NCBI GenBank assembly: GCA_050633245.1
Contig: JBOEGD010000001.1
Span: 128,001-192,000, forward strand
DNA from: Calditrichia bacterium
GTDB taxonomy: Bacteria; Calditrichota; Calditrichia; RBG-13-44-9; J075
Length of the DNA stretch: 64,000 bases
Direction: 5' to 3'
In this document: positions 28,248 through 38,901 of the stretch, piece by piece
Numbering within the stretch: position 1 is the first letter of the stretch
Layout: each line of letters starts with the position of its first letter
Position numbers and translations under genes: made by a program
Notes under the pieces: generated by a model
Seen by the model: the letters and a program-made list of their open reading frames with translations, nothing else
Told to the model about the DNA's origin: nothing
Database searches by the model: none

Positions 28248-28861
28248 ATTCGGTTTAAGAATCATTCCCAATTAAGTATCAATTATCCCGCCATTAGTAA
28301 ACGGCTTTATATAGTATGCGAAATTGAGTTTAGTTTGAAGCTAAACATTTCGATGATTGTCTTGGCGTGCTTATTCGGGCAAAATTGTCTTTACAATACG
28401 CTGTTGCGCTATTGTATTAGCGCCGGAGATTTGATTATGGATGACATAAACGGTGTAAGGCTTGTTCAAAAACATTTCGCTAAAGAACTTTTATCGAGAG
28501 CTTATCGGCAGCAAGAGTCTCTTGTTAGGTATGTGGCCGATGTTAAAAAGGGAATATCCTCTAAAGATTGGGTCGATTGAATGCTTGAGGAAAAAAACTG
28601 TACTTTTAGAACCGGCAACTAGGTCTTACGTTTTGGCTAAGGCATGCTTGTAGGAATCGTGTCGGATGCGCAGGTTGGCGCTGTAAATTCGACCACCCCG
28701 AAAAGTTGATTTCCCTAACGTTCTGCCCGTCAAAAAAGTTGTATTGTTGATGGCATTTCAAATCAGTGTAATTCACGCGAATGCACAGGTTCGAAGCTTT
28801 CTATTTATCTGAGATAGTTTTAAGACTATTTCTTAATCTTCCAGCACGCGGTGAGTATTTC

Positions 28862-29938
28862 ATGAAACAAATTTTGATGCAGTTGTGGGTCTTCTACTGG
28901 AGAGTGCGCCGCTATATTCAGGACCATCGGGTTGCTGATCGCCCGCGCTACGAAAAATTTCGCTTTCGCTTCTATGAGGAGCTTTGGCGGAAAACGGCTA
29001 AGACCATCAATAAACCAATTGAAGACTTTGGTCATGGGTATTTTAAGATTGGTGATGAAAAAGCAGCGACATTTGTTCTTGAGGCAAAAGTTCAGCTCGA
29101 TGACCACCTCAGTCTGAGAATGGCCGGCAATAAGCCCTTGGTTCATAAAATTCTCTCGGACGGCAACTTCCCGATTCAAGACTATTGTGAATACAGTATG
29201 ACCAGTTTGCAGAAAGCATTCGACTTTATGCAAAAAAAAGGCGGCTCCTGCGTTATTAAACCGGCGGCCGGCTCAGGTGCCGGGAATGGTGTTGTTACAA
29301 AAATTACAGACTATAAACGCCTGCGAAAAGCATCGCTTTGGGCAGCTACCTTTAGCCCGAGACTGTTGATTGAGGAAGAAATTCCCGGTGACTCCTATCG
29401 TTTACTTTACCTGAATGGCAAATTCCTGGATGCCGTCCGCCGCGATCCTCCGCATGTAACCGGAGATGGCAAACACACGATTGCCGAACTGATGCTACAG
29501 GAAAATGCGGATCGCTTGAAGGGAGATTCCATCAAAGCTCTGTCCCCTCTGGTGGTTGACTACGAGGCAAAGCTCGATCTGCATAAGCAGGGTAAGAAGT
29601 TGAGTGATCGTCCTGCAAAAGGTGAAAAGGTTCGCGTAAAAACGGTGTGCAATCAAAACCGATATACCGAAAATGAATCGATTACAAAAACTGTTCACCC
29701 TTCGATCGTTGAAGCTGGCGAACGAATTGCCGATATCTTTAGTCTACAGTTACTTGGAGTAGATTTAATTACACCTGACGTTACCCGTCCATTAGAGGAA
29801 GTGGGTGGCGTGATAAATGAAATCAATACCAATCCCGGCTTGCATCATCACTACCTGGTGAAAAATCAGGATTCGGACATAGATATAGCCGGCTCAATTA
29901 TTCAATTTATCCTGAACGGAAAAAAGAATGTCTCCTAA
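28862..29938 (+). CDS. Stand-alone ATP-grasp ligase of the cyanophycin synthetase/GshAB clade
   Basis: NK.LV, VIKP..G..G.GV, R.P.HVTGDG.HTI.EL, GVDLIT.D, NEINTNPGL; no Mur-ligase domain. ATG 28862 chosen as start. Confidence 0.8.
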   Translation: MKQILMQLWVFYWRVRRYIQDHRVADRPRYEKFRFRFYEELWRKTAKTINKPIEDFGHGYFKIGDEKAATFVLEAKVQLDDHLSLRMAGNKPLVHKILSDGNFPIQDYCEYSMTSLQKAFDFMQKKGGSCVIKPAAGSGAGNGVVTKITDYKRLRKASLWAATFSPRLLIEEEIPGDSYRLLYLNGKFLDAVRRDPPHVTGDGKHTIAELMLQENADRLKGDSIKALSPLVVDYEAKLDLHKQGKKLSDRPAKGEKVRVKTVCNQNRYTENESITKTVHPSIVEAGERIADIFSLQLLGVDLITPDVTRPLEEVGGVINEINTNPGLHHHYLVKNQDSDIDIAGSIIQFILNGKKNVS

Positions 29939-31109
29939 AACAACAAAGCCTCCTGTTGTTATTCTCGGTGGATCCTCGAACGCACTTTCTATTGCACGCA
30001 ACCTTGGTCGAAGAGGTATTGACGTATACCTTTCTGTGACAAGAGGAAATCCGGCCTGCTTTACGCGGTTTTCCAAAAAGCTGTTTATTATCGAAGATAA
30101 AAAGAACGTTGCTTCAATTTGGGCTGACCTTCTGCTTTCTGGTAAAAATCCAGAGCTGCATGGCGCAATTTTGTTTCCCTGCAATGATGACGGTGTAGAG
30201 TTTATTGCTAATAATAGACCGGCACTGGAAGAATACTATATTCTCGATGATTCACGTGCAGAGCTGTATTTAGATTTGCTGAACAAGCGCAGAACGCTTG
30301 AAATGGCTGAAGAACACGGAATCCCCTATCCTAAGTACCTCGCCATTGAATCGCGTGATGACTTTGATAAAATAAATGATGATATCCGTCTGCCGCTGAT
30401 TATTAAGCCGCAGGAATCGCATTTATTTCAAAAGGCTTTTGATGGCAAGAAGCTCTTTTTTGTGTATACAAAAGATGAGTTAATGGAGCGGCTCGAAGAG
30501 ATAATGAAGAAGGATTTGAAGGTGATTCTAACAGAATGGCTTTCCGGCCCTGATACGCTGCTGAGTAGTTATTATACTTATATCGATAAAGATGGAAACA
30601 AGCTGTTCCACTTTACTAAAAAGGTTATACGGCGCTTCCCCAAGAACAATGGCCAGGGTTGTTATCATATTACGGAATGGTGTGAAGAAACGGCTGAAGT
30701 TGGGTTGAAGTTCTTTGAAGCCATGAATCTGCGTGGCTTGGGAAATATTGAATTTAAGCGCGATCTGGTAGATAATAAGCTGAAGGTCATTGAATGTAAT
30801 CCGCGCTTCACTGCCGCACATGAACTGCTGGTTCGCTGTGGGATGGAGATTGACTGGATTATTTATAGCCACCTTGCCGGCTTGCCCGTTCCTAAAATAG
30901 ATTCATTTAAAGAAAACGTCACGCTGTGGTTTCCACGAAGAGACTATCTTGCGTATAAGGAATTAAAAGCATTAAACGAGTTGAATTTTGGGGATTGGAT
31001 AAAAAGCATTTCTCACAAACAGGTGATGCCACATTTCAAATGGAGTGATCCGATGCCGACATGGCGCCCCTTTGCCGATTCTGTCAAGAACAGACTGTTT
31101 GGCTCGTAA
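29928..31109 (+). CDS. ATP-grasp carboxylate-amine ligase (D-aspartate-ligase-like)
   Basis: LSIARNLGRRGI, IIKP, KK.IRRFP, NIEFKRD, IECNPRF; overlaps the upstream ATP-grasp gene. Confidence 0.8.
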   Translation: MSPKTTKPPVVILGGSSNALSIARNLGRRGIDVYLSVTRGNPACFTRFSKKLFIIEDKKNVASIWADLLLSGKNPELHGAILFPCNDDGVEFIANNRPALEEYYILDDSRAELYLDLLNKRRTLEMAEEHGIPYPKYLAIESRDDFDKINDDIRLPLIIKPQESHLFQKAFDGKKLFFVYTKDELMERLEEIMKKDLKVILTEWLSGPDTLLSSYYTYIDKDGNKLFHFTKKVIRRFPKNNGQGCYHITEWCEETAEVGLKFFEAMNLRGLGNIEFKRDLVDNKLKVIECNPRFTAAHELLVRCGMEIDWIIYSHLAGLPVPKIDSFKENVTLWFPRRDYLAYKELKALNELNFGDWIKSISHKQVMPHFKWSDPMPTWRPFADSVKNRLFGS

Positions 31110-31349
31110 CGGAATACGACGTTCTAATAGCTCATAAGAAATCAGAGGCGCTCTAGAAACAGACATCCTTCAGAAGCAGCAGTTGTTTGCCAGGTTCTGA
31201 ATCGGTATGATCTTGTCGGTTGATTAATGCAGAGAGTTTGGTACCTGTGGCTGAAGGTGTGGATATTGACGAACCTGCGAAAATAGCCTTCCCAAAAGCT
31301 TTCTGAACAGTTGAATGTCGATTTTTGTAGATTTTTAGAACCCTCAACC

Positions 31350-32354
31350 TCATTTTTGTGTAAGCTCCATTCTCACCTTTTGTGGAGTTTTGCCCGTCCA
31401 CGAACGAAATGCCCTTACAAACGAATTTGCGTCTTCATACCCCAATAGAAATGATATTTGGGATCTGGAAAGGGCCGGATTTTCCAAATAGTGATATGCG
31501 AGCTTTTGCCTGGTGGCATTCAACACTTTTTGAAAAGTTGTCTGTTCACTGCTTAAGTGACGTTGGAGCGTGCGCTTGCTTACGGCAAGACTTTTCGCGA
31601 CCTCATTGATGGAATATACCCCGGTTGGCAATAGCTCGAACAACGATTGCTGAACTTTGAGCATGTACGATATTCTTTCGTCTATCTCCGCCAGGCGATT
31701 ACGCAACTCTGGCTCAAAGGCATTCCAAACAAACTCGTTTTCAGTTAAAAAAGGTCGGGCTGCATCCACGGCGCTAAAGCTGATTTGAGCTTTTTCAGCG
31801 AGTTTTGCCCGTACGCCGAAGTATTTGGTGAACTGGCTGCCGCTCAGATTATTTGATGGAGATTTTATCGAAATAGGTTGGATCTGTTCACGGGTTGCAA
31901 GACGAACCAGATGCACGAGAAACGTTATCTCTGCCTCTACATAAGAGTCTGGTAAGGGCCAGTTAGCGGTATAAAGTGAATCGATTGAGAGTACTGTTTG
32001 TTGAGAGCCGATGTCTACATCCAAAACGATTGGCCCTATTAACTTCTTATATGTGCTTAAGCGTTGCATGGCGATGTTTAAGTTTGGACTACAGAGCGCT
32101 GCAAATATGGGTGGACTAAATTCCTCTGTTGAAATCATTTGCCCAACACGCAGAGAGAAGAGCGGATCGTTCACACTCTCCTCCAGTGCTTTCCATAATC
32201 TGAAATAGTCTTGCGATGTCAGTCTGATGTTCTTTTGGGTAAAGAGATTCTGCGGAAGTGAAGCCCTTCGTAAAAGAGTACCGACATTTATTCCCAAGTC
32301 CTTTAAAATGAGTCTCCAGGACTGTTCGACACTAAATTTAACTTCCTGATTCAT
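31350..32354 (-). CDS. AraC-family transcriptional regulator
   Basis: C-terminal VA..LAVS.RTLQR.L and ISFLLGYEDANSF.RAFR.WTG.TP HTH motifs. Confidence 0.92.
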   Translation of the reverse strand: MNQEVKFSVEQSWRLILKDLGINVGTLLRRASLPQNLFTQKNIRLTSQDYFRLWKALEESVNDPLFSLRVGQMISTEEFSPPIFAALCSPNLNIAMQRLSTYKKLIGPIVLDVDIGSQQTVLSIDSLYTANWPLPDSYVEAEITFLVHLVRLATREQIQPISIKSPSNNLSGSQFTKYFGVRAKLAEKAQISFSAVDAARPFLTENEFVWNAFEPELRNRLAEIDERISYMLKVQQSLFELLPTGVYSINEVAKSLAVSKRTLQRHLSSEQTTFQKVLNATRQKLAYHYLENPALSRSQISFLLGYEDANSFVRAFRSWTGKTPQKVRMELTQK

Positions 32355-32439
32355 TCGATAACCGTTTTGTTCGTTAATAGATAACAGAAGTTCTTATTTG
32401 AGTTATGGACAGGTTCTGTTTTCAAGCTCAGACTTTATC

Positions 32440-33273
32440 CTAGAGCTGGCTCATTACCGTTTTGTCAAAAATGCGATCGCCCATCCATTTTCGTATAAAT
32501 AATAGTGGCTTCGCAAACCTGCCGGCCGCATAGCGGGTTTTCGGTGAGTCAGACTTTACAGCTTTTGATATGACGTCTGATATGACCGATGCCGGCGAGC
32601 CGCCCCCTTTTTTATATGACTCCTCGGTTGCTTTTGCAAGTTTCCGAGTTAATTCTGCGTACGCTGTTTTGCCGGATCGTTCCATCATGGGGCCGATCAT
32701 AACGTCACCAAACTCGGTTTGAATGAGACCTGGTTCAACAATAACCACCTGAATGCCAAACGGTTTCAGCTCGAGTCGTAAGCAGTCCGACCAGCCTTCA
32801 AGTGCATGTTTGGTTGCATGATACCATGCGCCAAGCGGAGTGTAGATCTTTCCTCCAATTGAGCTGATATTGATTATCTTGCCTGCTCGTTTTTCACGCA
32901 TATAAGGCAGAACATGTTGGGTAAGCCGTGCCAGGCCAAACAGATTAACCTCAAATTGATAGCGTGCATCATCGATTGGCGTATCTTCAACCGAGCCATA
33001 GCTGCCGAATCCCGCATTATTTACCAGAACATCGACCCCGCCACATTCACTACGAATAGTCATTACGGTATTGACGACATCTTCTTCTTTTGTAATATCC
33101 ATTTTTAATGCTTTTGCTCCAAGCTCTACCAGGGCGCTCATTTTATCAACACGTCTGGCGGCAACATAGACAGTCAGACCGTCTTTTATCAGCTGTCGGG
33201 CAATTGCCTCTCCAATTCCGGATGATGCTCCTGTAACCAGAGCAACTTTGGGGTTCGTATTCCTCGTCGACAT
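32440..33273 (-). CDS. Short-chain dehydrogenase/reductase
   Basis: TGASSGIG, NNAG, YHATK catalytic motif. Confidence 0.93.
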   Translation of the reverse strand: MSTRNTNPKVALVTGASSGIGEAIARQLIKDGLTVYVAARRVDKMSALVELGAKALKMDITKEEDVVNTVMTIRSECGGVDVLVNNAGFGSYGSVEDTPIDDARYQFEVNLFGLARLTQHVLPYMREKRAGKIINISSIGGKIYTPLGAWYHATKHALEGWSDCLRLELKPFGIQVVIVEPGLIQTEFGDVMIGPMMERSGKTAYAELTRKLAKATEESYKKGGGSPASVISDVISKAVKSDSPKTRYAAGRFAKPLLFIRKWMGDRIFDKTVMSQL

Positions 33274-33345
33274 GATATTCTCCTTAAGTGTTGTCTTTAA
33301 TCGGTATTAATATAAGCCTTCTTTATGTCGATTCTTATGCAGATC

Positions 33346-33372
33346 GTGCCAGAATGTAAGCGAGGTGTGCCA
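33346..33372 (-). promoter_or_regulatory. Putative AraC-type operator: TGGCAC direct repeat with 21-bp period upstream of the SDR gene
   Basis: GTGCCA at 33346 and 33367 on the + strand. A 21-bp direct-repeat spacing is typical of AraC-family half-sites (inference). Confidence 0.4.
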
Positions 33373-33604
33373 TTCTGAATGCAAAAGATGAAGATTAGAG
33401 TATAAAAATATTAATTCCATAGATTGTAAATTCTTGACCCGCTGCACCATCCTACCGTAAAAACGATCCTATTTTTAGCACTCCCTTAAAATCTATCATT
33501 GAAATAGTGTCATTGGAAAAGCTCATCGGTCTGTGCGGCTCATTTATGTTTGAGCTGAAGGGGACTTATTGACCGAACTGCAAACTCCAATCTGAGGAAC
33601 TGCT

Positions 33605-36600
33605 ATGTCTATAGGAACTGGTAAAAACAAAAAAACGCTACTTTTTAACGCACTTGGTCGTCTACGCATTACGGTATTGCTATTTGTGAGCGTTTTCTTA
33701 TTTACAATGAACTGCGGAGTTGTTGATCCCCAGCCGATGGGTAATATTGTCGGAACAATCACCGACTCAGACGGAAATCTTCTGGCAGGCGTAGCAGTTA
33801 CGACCGACCCGGAAACCGAAAGTGCCACCAGCGGGCCGGATGGGAAATATAAAATTGAAGGTGTTGAGCCGGCGAGCTACACCGTTATAGCCAATAAAGA
33901 GGGTTATCTATCAAAGACTGGCCGAGCAGCGGTAAAAGTTGATGAGGATATTGAGCTGAACCTCTCTCTGGAACTCTCCATGCCGTCACTTAATGTAAGT
34001 TCCGTATTTGTCAATTTTGAATCAACGGAAACAACGCGCACCTTTCAGATCGAGAATGATGGAACCGGCTCGCTGAATTGGAATATTGTTGAGAACGAAG
34101 ACTGGATCGAAAGCGTGACGCCGGATAGTGGAACCGCCATTGATGGTGAGCAGTCCACAACAGTGACGATGACAGCAAGTCGCACCAATCTGCCAAATGG
34201 ATTGACGAACGGGTTCCTCACAATTTTTTCGGATAGCGATACCTTTACGGTAACCACTGCCATTATTAAAGGCGCAGCTGTTCAGCCTTCTACGCAACGT
34301 CTCAGTTTTAGCGGCCTTGTCGATCAGCAGACGTTAACACTGAAGAATTTGGTACCTGGAACGCTTACTTACGGCATAACATCCGATAAGAACTGGCTGA
34401 CAACGACGCCGATAAGCGGTAGTTTTGATAGCGGTGAGGAGACGATCACTGTAGCTGTTGATCGAAATAATGAGCCTTTCGGTACCCAATACGGCCATTT
34501 ATTCATTGAATCGAACGGTGGCAAAGATACGCTTCTAGTTGCAATGACCGTGACAAATCCTAATGCACCACAGATATTTGTACCGGTAAACAGTCTGGAT
34601 TTCGGCAGTTCGATTATCAACTATCAGCTGCCCCTGAGCAATAGCGGTGTCGGAACCTTAACCTGGGAGATTTCCGACAATGTGAGTTGGCTGGAGGCCG
34701 GTTTGGAAAGCGGTATAATTGCTTCCGAAGCTACCATCTCTGTTCCATTAACGGTCGATCGCAGTGGACTAAGCACGGCTGGTAATCCTTATCAGGGCGA
34801 GTTAACTCTTACCTCAAACGATCCGAATACATCCAGCCTTGTATTTCCATTGACTATGCTCGTCGAAGATCGTCCTGTGTTGAGTATCTCCGATCCTTAT
34901 ATTGATCTCGGCCTGGAAGGTATTGACAAAGACATCTTTATTGGAAACTCTGGTAGTGGAGATTTAAGCTGGTCGGCAGTTGCTGTAGAAAACTGGATAT
35001 CGATTTCTCCTACATCGGGTGGAAATAACTCCGCTGTTCAGGTCGCAGTTAACCGTAACAATTCAGGCTTCGGACACGTTAGTGGAGCCATAAACGTGCA
35101 GTCTAATGGCGGCGTGCAGCAGATTGTTGTTGCACTGGAAAATCGCGGAAATAATACTGCTCCGCTGGCGGATTTCAACATAAATCCCGAGAGTGGGCGT
35201 TTGGAGACGATCTTCTCCTTCGACGCATCGATTACCACAGATGACTACGACTCTTTGGATGCACTGGAATTTCGCTGGCGCTGGTACGCTGGTGGTGTGT
35301 TTACCGATTGGGCTACGTCACCCTTTGCCACCCATCAATACATCACCTCCGGGACTAAGCAGGTGACACTCGAAGCGCGTGATACCAATGGAGCCACCCG
35401 TGCAAAGAACCGTAACTTGCAGGTGATCGCCAATGCTGCTCCAACTGCAAACTTTACCAATACGCCGACATCGGGAACCACCTCGGATGTATTTACTTTT
35501 AATGCAGCCAATTCCTTTGATGATGTGGATTCATTAAGTGCTCTCAGATTTCGCTGGCGCTTTGGCTCAGCAGCAGACTTTACAGAATGGAGCAGTGATA
35601 CACTCATTGATCATCAGTTTACAACCAATGCTAATCATCAGGTAACGCTGGAAGTGATCGATAGTGATGATGCAATTGGTACTCGTACGAAACCAGTTTC
35701 GGTATCGCAAAACCCGGCTCCGACTGCCAGTTTTACCGTTGCACCGCCAAGTGGCACCACGGTAACCGTATTCGAATTTGATGCCGGTGCAAGCATGGAC
35801 GATCGCAATCCGATTGACTCTTTGCTGTTTCGCTGGCGTTGGGAAACAAGTGAGCCCTGGACAGACTGGAGTAGCGATACACTTGCCAGTCATCGATATA
35901 CTTCCAATGGTAGCAAGCAGGTAATGTTGGAAGTGATGGATACGGATAGTGCTGTTGGGACTCGAAATCGCACGATTTCTGTGGCTTCCAATCCTGCACC
36001 AACTGCAAACTTTAGTTTTACACCTAATACCGGCACAACCGTTACAGTGTTTGAATTCGATGCCGGTGCAAGTATGGACGACACCGACCCGATTGAAGTG
36101 CTTGATTTCCGCTGGCGCTGGGAAGCAGGGGCAGATTGGACAGAGTGGAGCAATGATACGTTGGCAAGTCATCAGTATTCATCAAATGGCAATAAAACAA
36201 TTACACTGCAAGTTCGCGACACCAATGCTGCTGTTGGGGAGAGAAATCGCAATTTAACGGTTTCCCAAAATCCGGCTCCTGATGCAGTGTTTACGTTTGA
36301 CCCGCCAACGGGCACTCCGGCCATGCAGTTTACGTTTAACTCCGGTGGATCGAGTGATGATACCGACCCCATTGAGTCACTGCAGTTTCGTTGGGAATTT
36401 GGAGCTGGCAACGGATTTACTACATGGAGTAACGATACGCTTATTACTCACCAATTTACCTCAATTGGCGATCAACAGGTAACGCTGGAAGTGCGCGACC
36501 TGGCAGGTGCGGCAAGCGATGATGAGCAGATAGTTCCGGTAGTTGCCAATCAGGAACCGACGGCAGCATTCGATTTCGATCCGCAGGACGGTACGGTTGA

Positions 36601-38779
36601 AACGATATATAACTTCGATGCTTCGGCATCGGTAGATGACTTTACACCTCCGGCTGATCTGGAATTTCGCTGGCGCTGGACAGCTAACTCGACATTTACA
36701 GCGTGGTCTGGTAGTCCGCTGGCCGATCATCAATTTACAACTACCGGTAGCAAGGAAGTTACGCTGGAAGTGAGAGATGGTGAGGATAGCGTTGGCTCTA
36801 TTGCCCAAACGTTGGAGGTTTTAGAAAACCAGCCTCCCAATGCAATATTTGTTGTTACACCGGAAAATGGGACGATTGCCACGCTGTTTCAATTTGATGC
36901 GTCCGGATCTATGGACGACGTAACACCTTTGGTCGACCTGGAATTCCGCTGGCGCTGGGAAAATGGCGGTGCTTATACCGACTGGTCGAATATCCCTACG
37001 GCTGAGCATCAGTATGCGACAGACGGGCAAAAGACCGTGAAGTTAGAAGTTCGCGATACGGGTGCTCTGATCGGAGGCTTTTCAGATTTGGTCTTGGTTG
37101 GTGCCGCTCCGGTTACTGAGAATGAACCAAATGATACGCGTGGACAAGCAGACGCAATCGGCGAGACCACAACCGTTTTTGGTGAGATTGGCGTTGCGGG
37201 GGATGAGGATGATTGGTTCGCTATCACGGTCCCGGCCAATGGTAAACTATGGTATAGACTCGAGAACCTTGAGGTTAGCGGAGCGTCTAGTAGTCGAATT
37301 GCCGAGAGCCCGCTTTTCGCGATAAATGAACTCCTGGATGCCGTGCAGCTTACCAGCGCCTATGTCTCTCATGGCGGTAGCCGCTATATCGGACCCGGTG
37401 AAGCAGCGACCAGTGTAAAAACGATTGTCGCTGCAAACCGAACCTATTATGTGCAAATTCCGCAGTATACTGGTCATTCTGCGCAGTATGAGCTGAGAAT
37501 GTTCTTCTCAGAACTTTCCCAGAGCGATTTGGGTGAGGACAACGATGCTCAGTCTTCGGCCTTTGTAGTTGCAGCAAACCAATTCCATCAGGCACATAAC
37601 GGTTTTTGGAAGAATGGTGCTACCAAAGAAGATCAACAGGATTGGTATGAACTGCAGTTTACAGAAAGCGGTGTGCTGCAATATACCGTAGAGAATCTGC
37701 ATAATGAGGCCGCTGCAAACGGATATGTAGATGAAACTATATTCCACAGCGCAACAACATTCGACTTTATTGAACTCACCCGTGCAGGTATCAATCATGG
37801 CGGCGGTAGTCGTTATATTGCGCCGACCGAAGTAGCACTTAGTGGAAAGGTTGGTATTGATAAAGGACGTGAGTTCTATCTGCAAATACCTCAATTTATT
37901 AATCACGCTGCGCCTTACGAATTTCAAGTCAACTTCGTTCCGTCGATGTTTACAGATTTTGGGGAAGATAATGATCAATCCAATAGTGCTGCACCCATTG
38001 ACGAGATAAGCGAAAACACCGCTGAAATCGGCTATATCAAGAGTGCCGGGCAGTATGATGAAAAAGACTGGTATTCGCCACAGGTTCAAAGGAATGGGTT
38101 GCTGCAGATTACAATTGAAAATCTGTATTCGACGGACATTCTGAATGGTCGTATCGCACCTTCGAAGGTCTATTTAAAAAATATTTTGGATTTTCTTGAA
38201 ATACAAACTCTGCAGGTTAATCATGGTGGAAACAATAACTATATCGGAGCAGGGGAGAGCGTTGTTAGTAGTCGCATTGCTGTCTCGACTGACGAGGATT
38301 ACTTTCTGGAGATCCCGCAGTATCTGACAGATCGCCATCAGGCGCCATATAAGGTAACAACAACGATAATTCCTACGGCACTTACGGCATTACAGGATAC
38401 CAATGACACTAGAACAGATGCGGATACGATTGCTGTGAACGACATTGTTACCGCCTCAATTGGTTATGAGGATGACGAATACGACTGGTATACGTTCTCG
38501 GCGCCTGCCAGCGGGTCTTTTCAGTTCTCCGTAGCGAATAATCATGTGACTGGCGTTATCGGGGGACGTATTGCCACTTGTTTGCTATTTGATAATCTTT
38601 TAGCAGTTATCGGAACTGCCACGGTTAACCATGGCGGCAATAACAATTATATTGATGCGGCAGAAACGGCAACCAGCGTGGTGATTCCGGTTGTGGGTGG
38701 TACGAGATATTACATACAAATTATCCGCGAGGAACAGGATGTTGCACCATATACAATGCAGACCAGTTTTAGCCAGTAA
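33605..38779 (+). CDS. Large surface lipoprotein: carboxypeptidase-regulatory-like + 4 BACON-like + 7 PKD + 4 PPC-like repeats
   Basis: Lipobox TMNC; G.G.L.W..W BACON-type units; seven N..P.A.F...P / FDA..S.DD / FRW.W PKD units; four 'ND...A...D..DWY' C-terminal units. Confidence 0.85.
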   Translation: MSIGTGKNKKTLLFNALGRLRITVLLFVSVFLFTMNCGVVDPQPMGNIVGTITDSDGNLLAGVAVTTDPETESATSGPDGKYKIEGVEPASYTVIANKEGYLSKTGRAAVKVDEDIELNLSLELSMPSLNVSSVFVNFESTETTRTFQIENDGTGSLNWNIVENEDWIESVTPDSGTAIDGEQSTTVTMTASRTNLPNGLTNGFLTIFSDSDTFTVTTAIIKGAAVQPSTQRLSFSGLVDQQTLTLKNLVPGTLTYGITSDKNWLTTTPISGSFDSGEETITVAVDRNNEPFGTQYGHLFIESNGGKDTLLVAMTVTNPNAPQIFVPVNSLDFGSSIINYQLPLSNSGVGTLTWEISDNVSWLEAGLESGIIASEATISVPLTVDRSGLSTAGNPYQGELTLTSNDPNTSSLVFPLTMLVEDRPVLSISDPYIDLGLEGIDKDIFIGNSGSGDLSWSAVAVENWISISPTSGGNNSAVQVAVNRNNSGFGHVSGAINVQSNGGVQQIVVALENRGNNTAPLADFNINPESGRLETIFSFDASITTDDYDSLDALEFRWRWYAGGVFTDWATSPFATHQYITSGTKQVTLEARDTNGATRAKNRNLQVIANAAPTANFTNTPTSGTTSDVFTFNAANSFDDVDSLSALRFRWRFGSAADFTEWSSDTLIDHQFTTNANHQVTLEVIDSDDAIGTRTKPVSVSQNPAPTASFTVAPPSGTTVTVFEFDAGASMDDRNPIDSLLFRWRWETSEPWTDWSSDTLASHRYTSNGSKQVMLEVMDTDSAVGTRNRTISVASNPAPTANFSFTPNTGTTVTVFEFDAGASMDDTDPIEVLDFRWRWEAGADWTEWSNDTLASHQYSSNGNKTITLQVRDTNAAVGERNRNLTVSQNPAPDAVFTFDPPTGTPAMQFTFNSGGSSDDTDPIESLQFRWEFGAGNGFTTWSNDTLITHQFTSIGDQQVTLEVRDLAGAASDDEQIVPVVANQEPTAAFDFDPQDGTVETIYNFDASASVDDFTPPADLEFRWRWTANSTFTAWSGSPLADHQFTTTGSKEVTLEVRDGEDSVGSIAQTLEVLENQPPNAIFVVTPENGTIATLFQFDASGSMDDVTPLVDLEFRWRWENGGAYTDWSNIPTAEHQYATDGQKTVKLEVRDTGALIGGFSDLVLVGAAPVTENEPNDTRGQADAIGETTTVFGEIGVAGDEDDWFAITVPANGKLWYRLENLEVSGASSSRIAESPLFAINELLDAVQLTSAYVSHGGSRYIGPGEAATSVKTIVAANRTYYVQIPQYTGHSAQYELRMFFSELSQSDLGEDNDAQSSAFVVAANQFHQAHNGFWKNGATKEDQQDWYELQFTESGVLQYTVENLHNEAAANGYVDETIFHSATTFDFIELTRAGINHGGGSRYIAPTEVALSGKVGIDKGREFYLQIPQFINHAAPYEFQVNFVPSMFTDFGEDNDQSNSAAPIDEISENTAEIGYIKSAGQYDEKDWYSPQVQRNGLLQITIENLYSTDILNGRIAPSKVYLKNILDFLEIQTLQVNHGGNNNYIGAGESVVSSRIAVSTDEDYFLEIPQYLTDRHQAPYKVTTTIIPTALTALQDTNDTRTDADTIAVNDIVTASIGYEDDEYDWYTFSAPASGSFQFSVANNHVTGVIGGRIATCLLFDNLLAVIGTATVNHGGNNNYIDAAETATSVVIPVVGGTRYYIQIIREEQDVAPYTMQTSFSQ

Positions 38780-38798
38780 CAGGCAATAAGAGCTATCG

Positions 38799-38838
38799 AA
38801 AAAAAGGACCATTCGGATTTTAGGGATGGCCCTTTTTT
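38799..38838 (+). terminator. Intrinsic terminator
   Basis: AAAAAAAGGACCATTC...GGATGGCCCTTTTTT after the lipoprotein stop. Confidence 0.6.
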
Positions 38839-38901
38839 GTTTTTCCTCTATTTGGTTGAGCATGAATTGCATGTCAAATCCTTTTGCACTATTTTCCTCT
38901 C

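Noticed and set aside
28862-29938. True cyanophycin synthetase cphA
   Set aside because: Only about 360 aa; lacks the N-domain and Mur-ligase domain, and no cyanophycinase is nearby.
35150-37100. DNA repeats such as TTTCGCTGGCG as a non-coding array
   Set aside because: Fully explained by the conserved FRW.W motif of the seven PKD domains.
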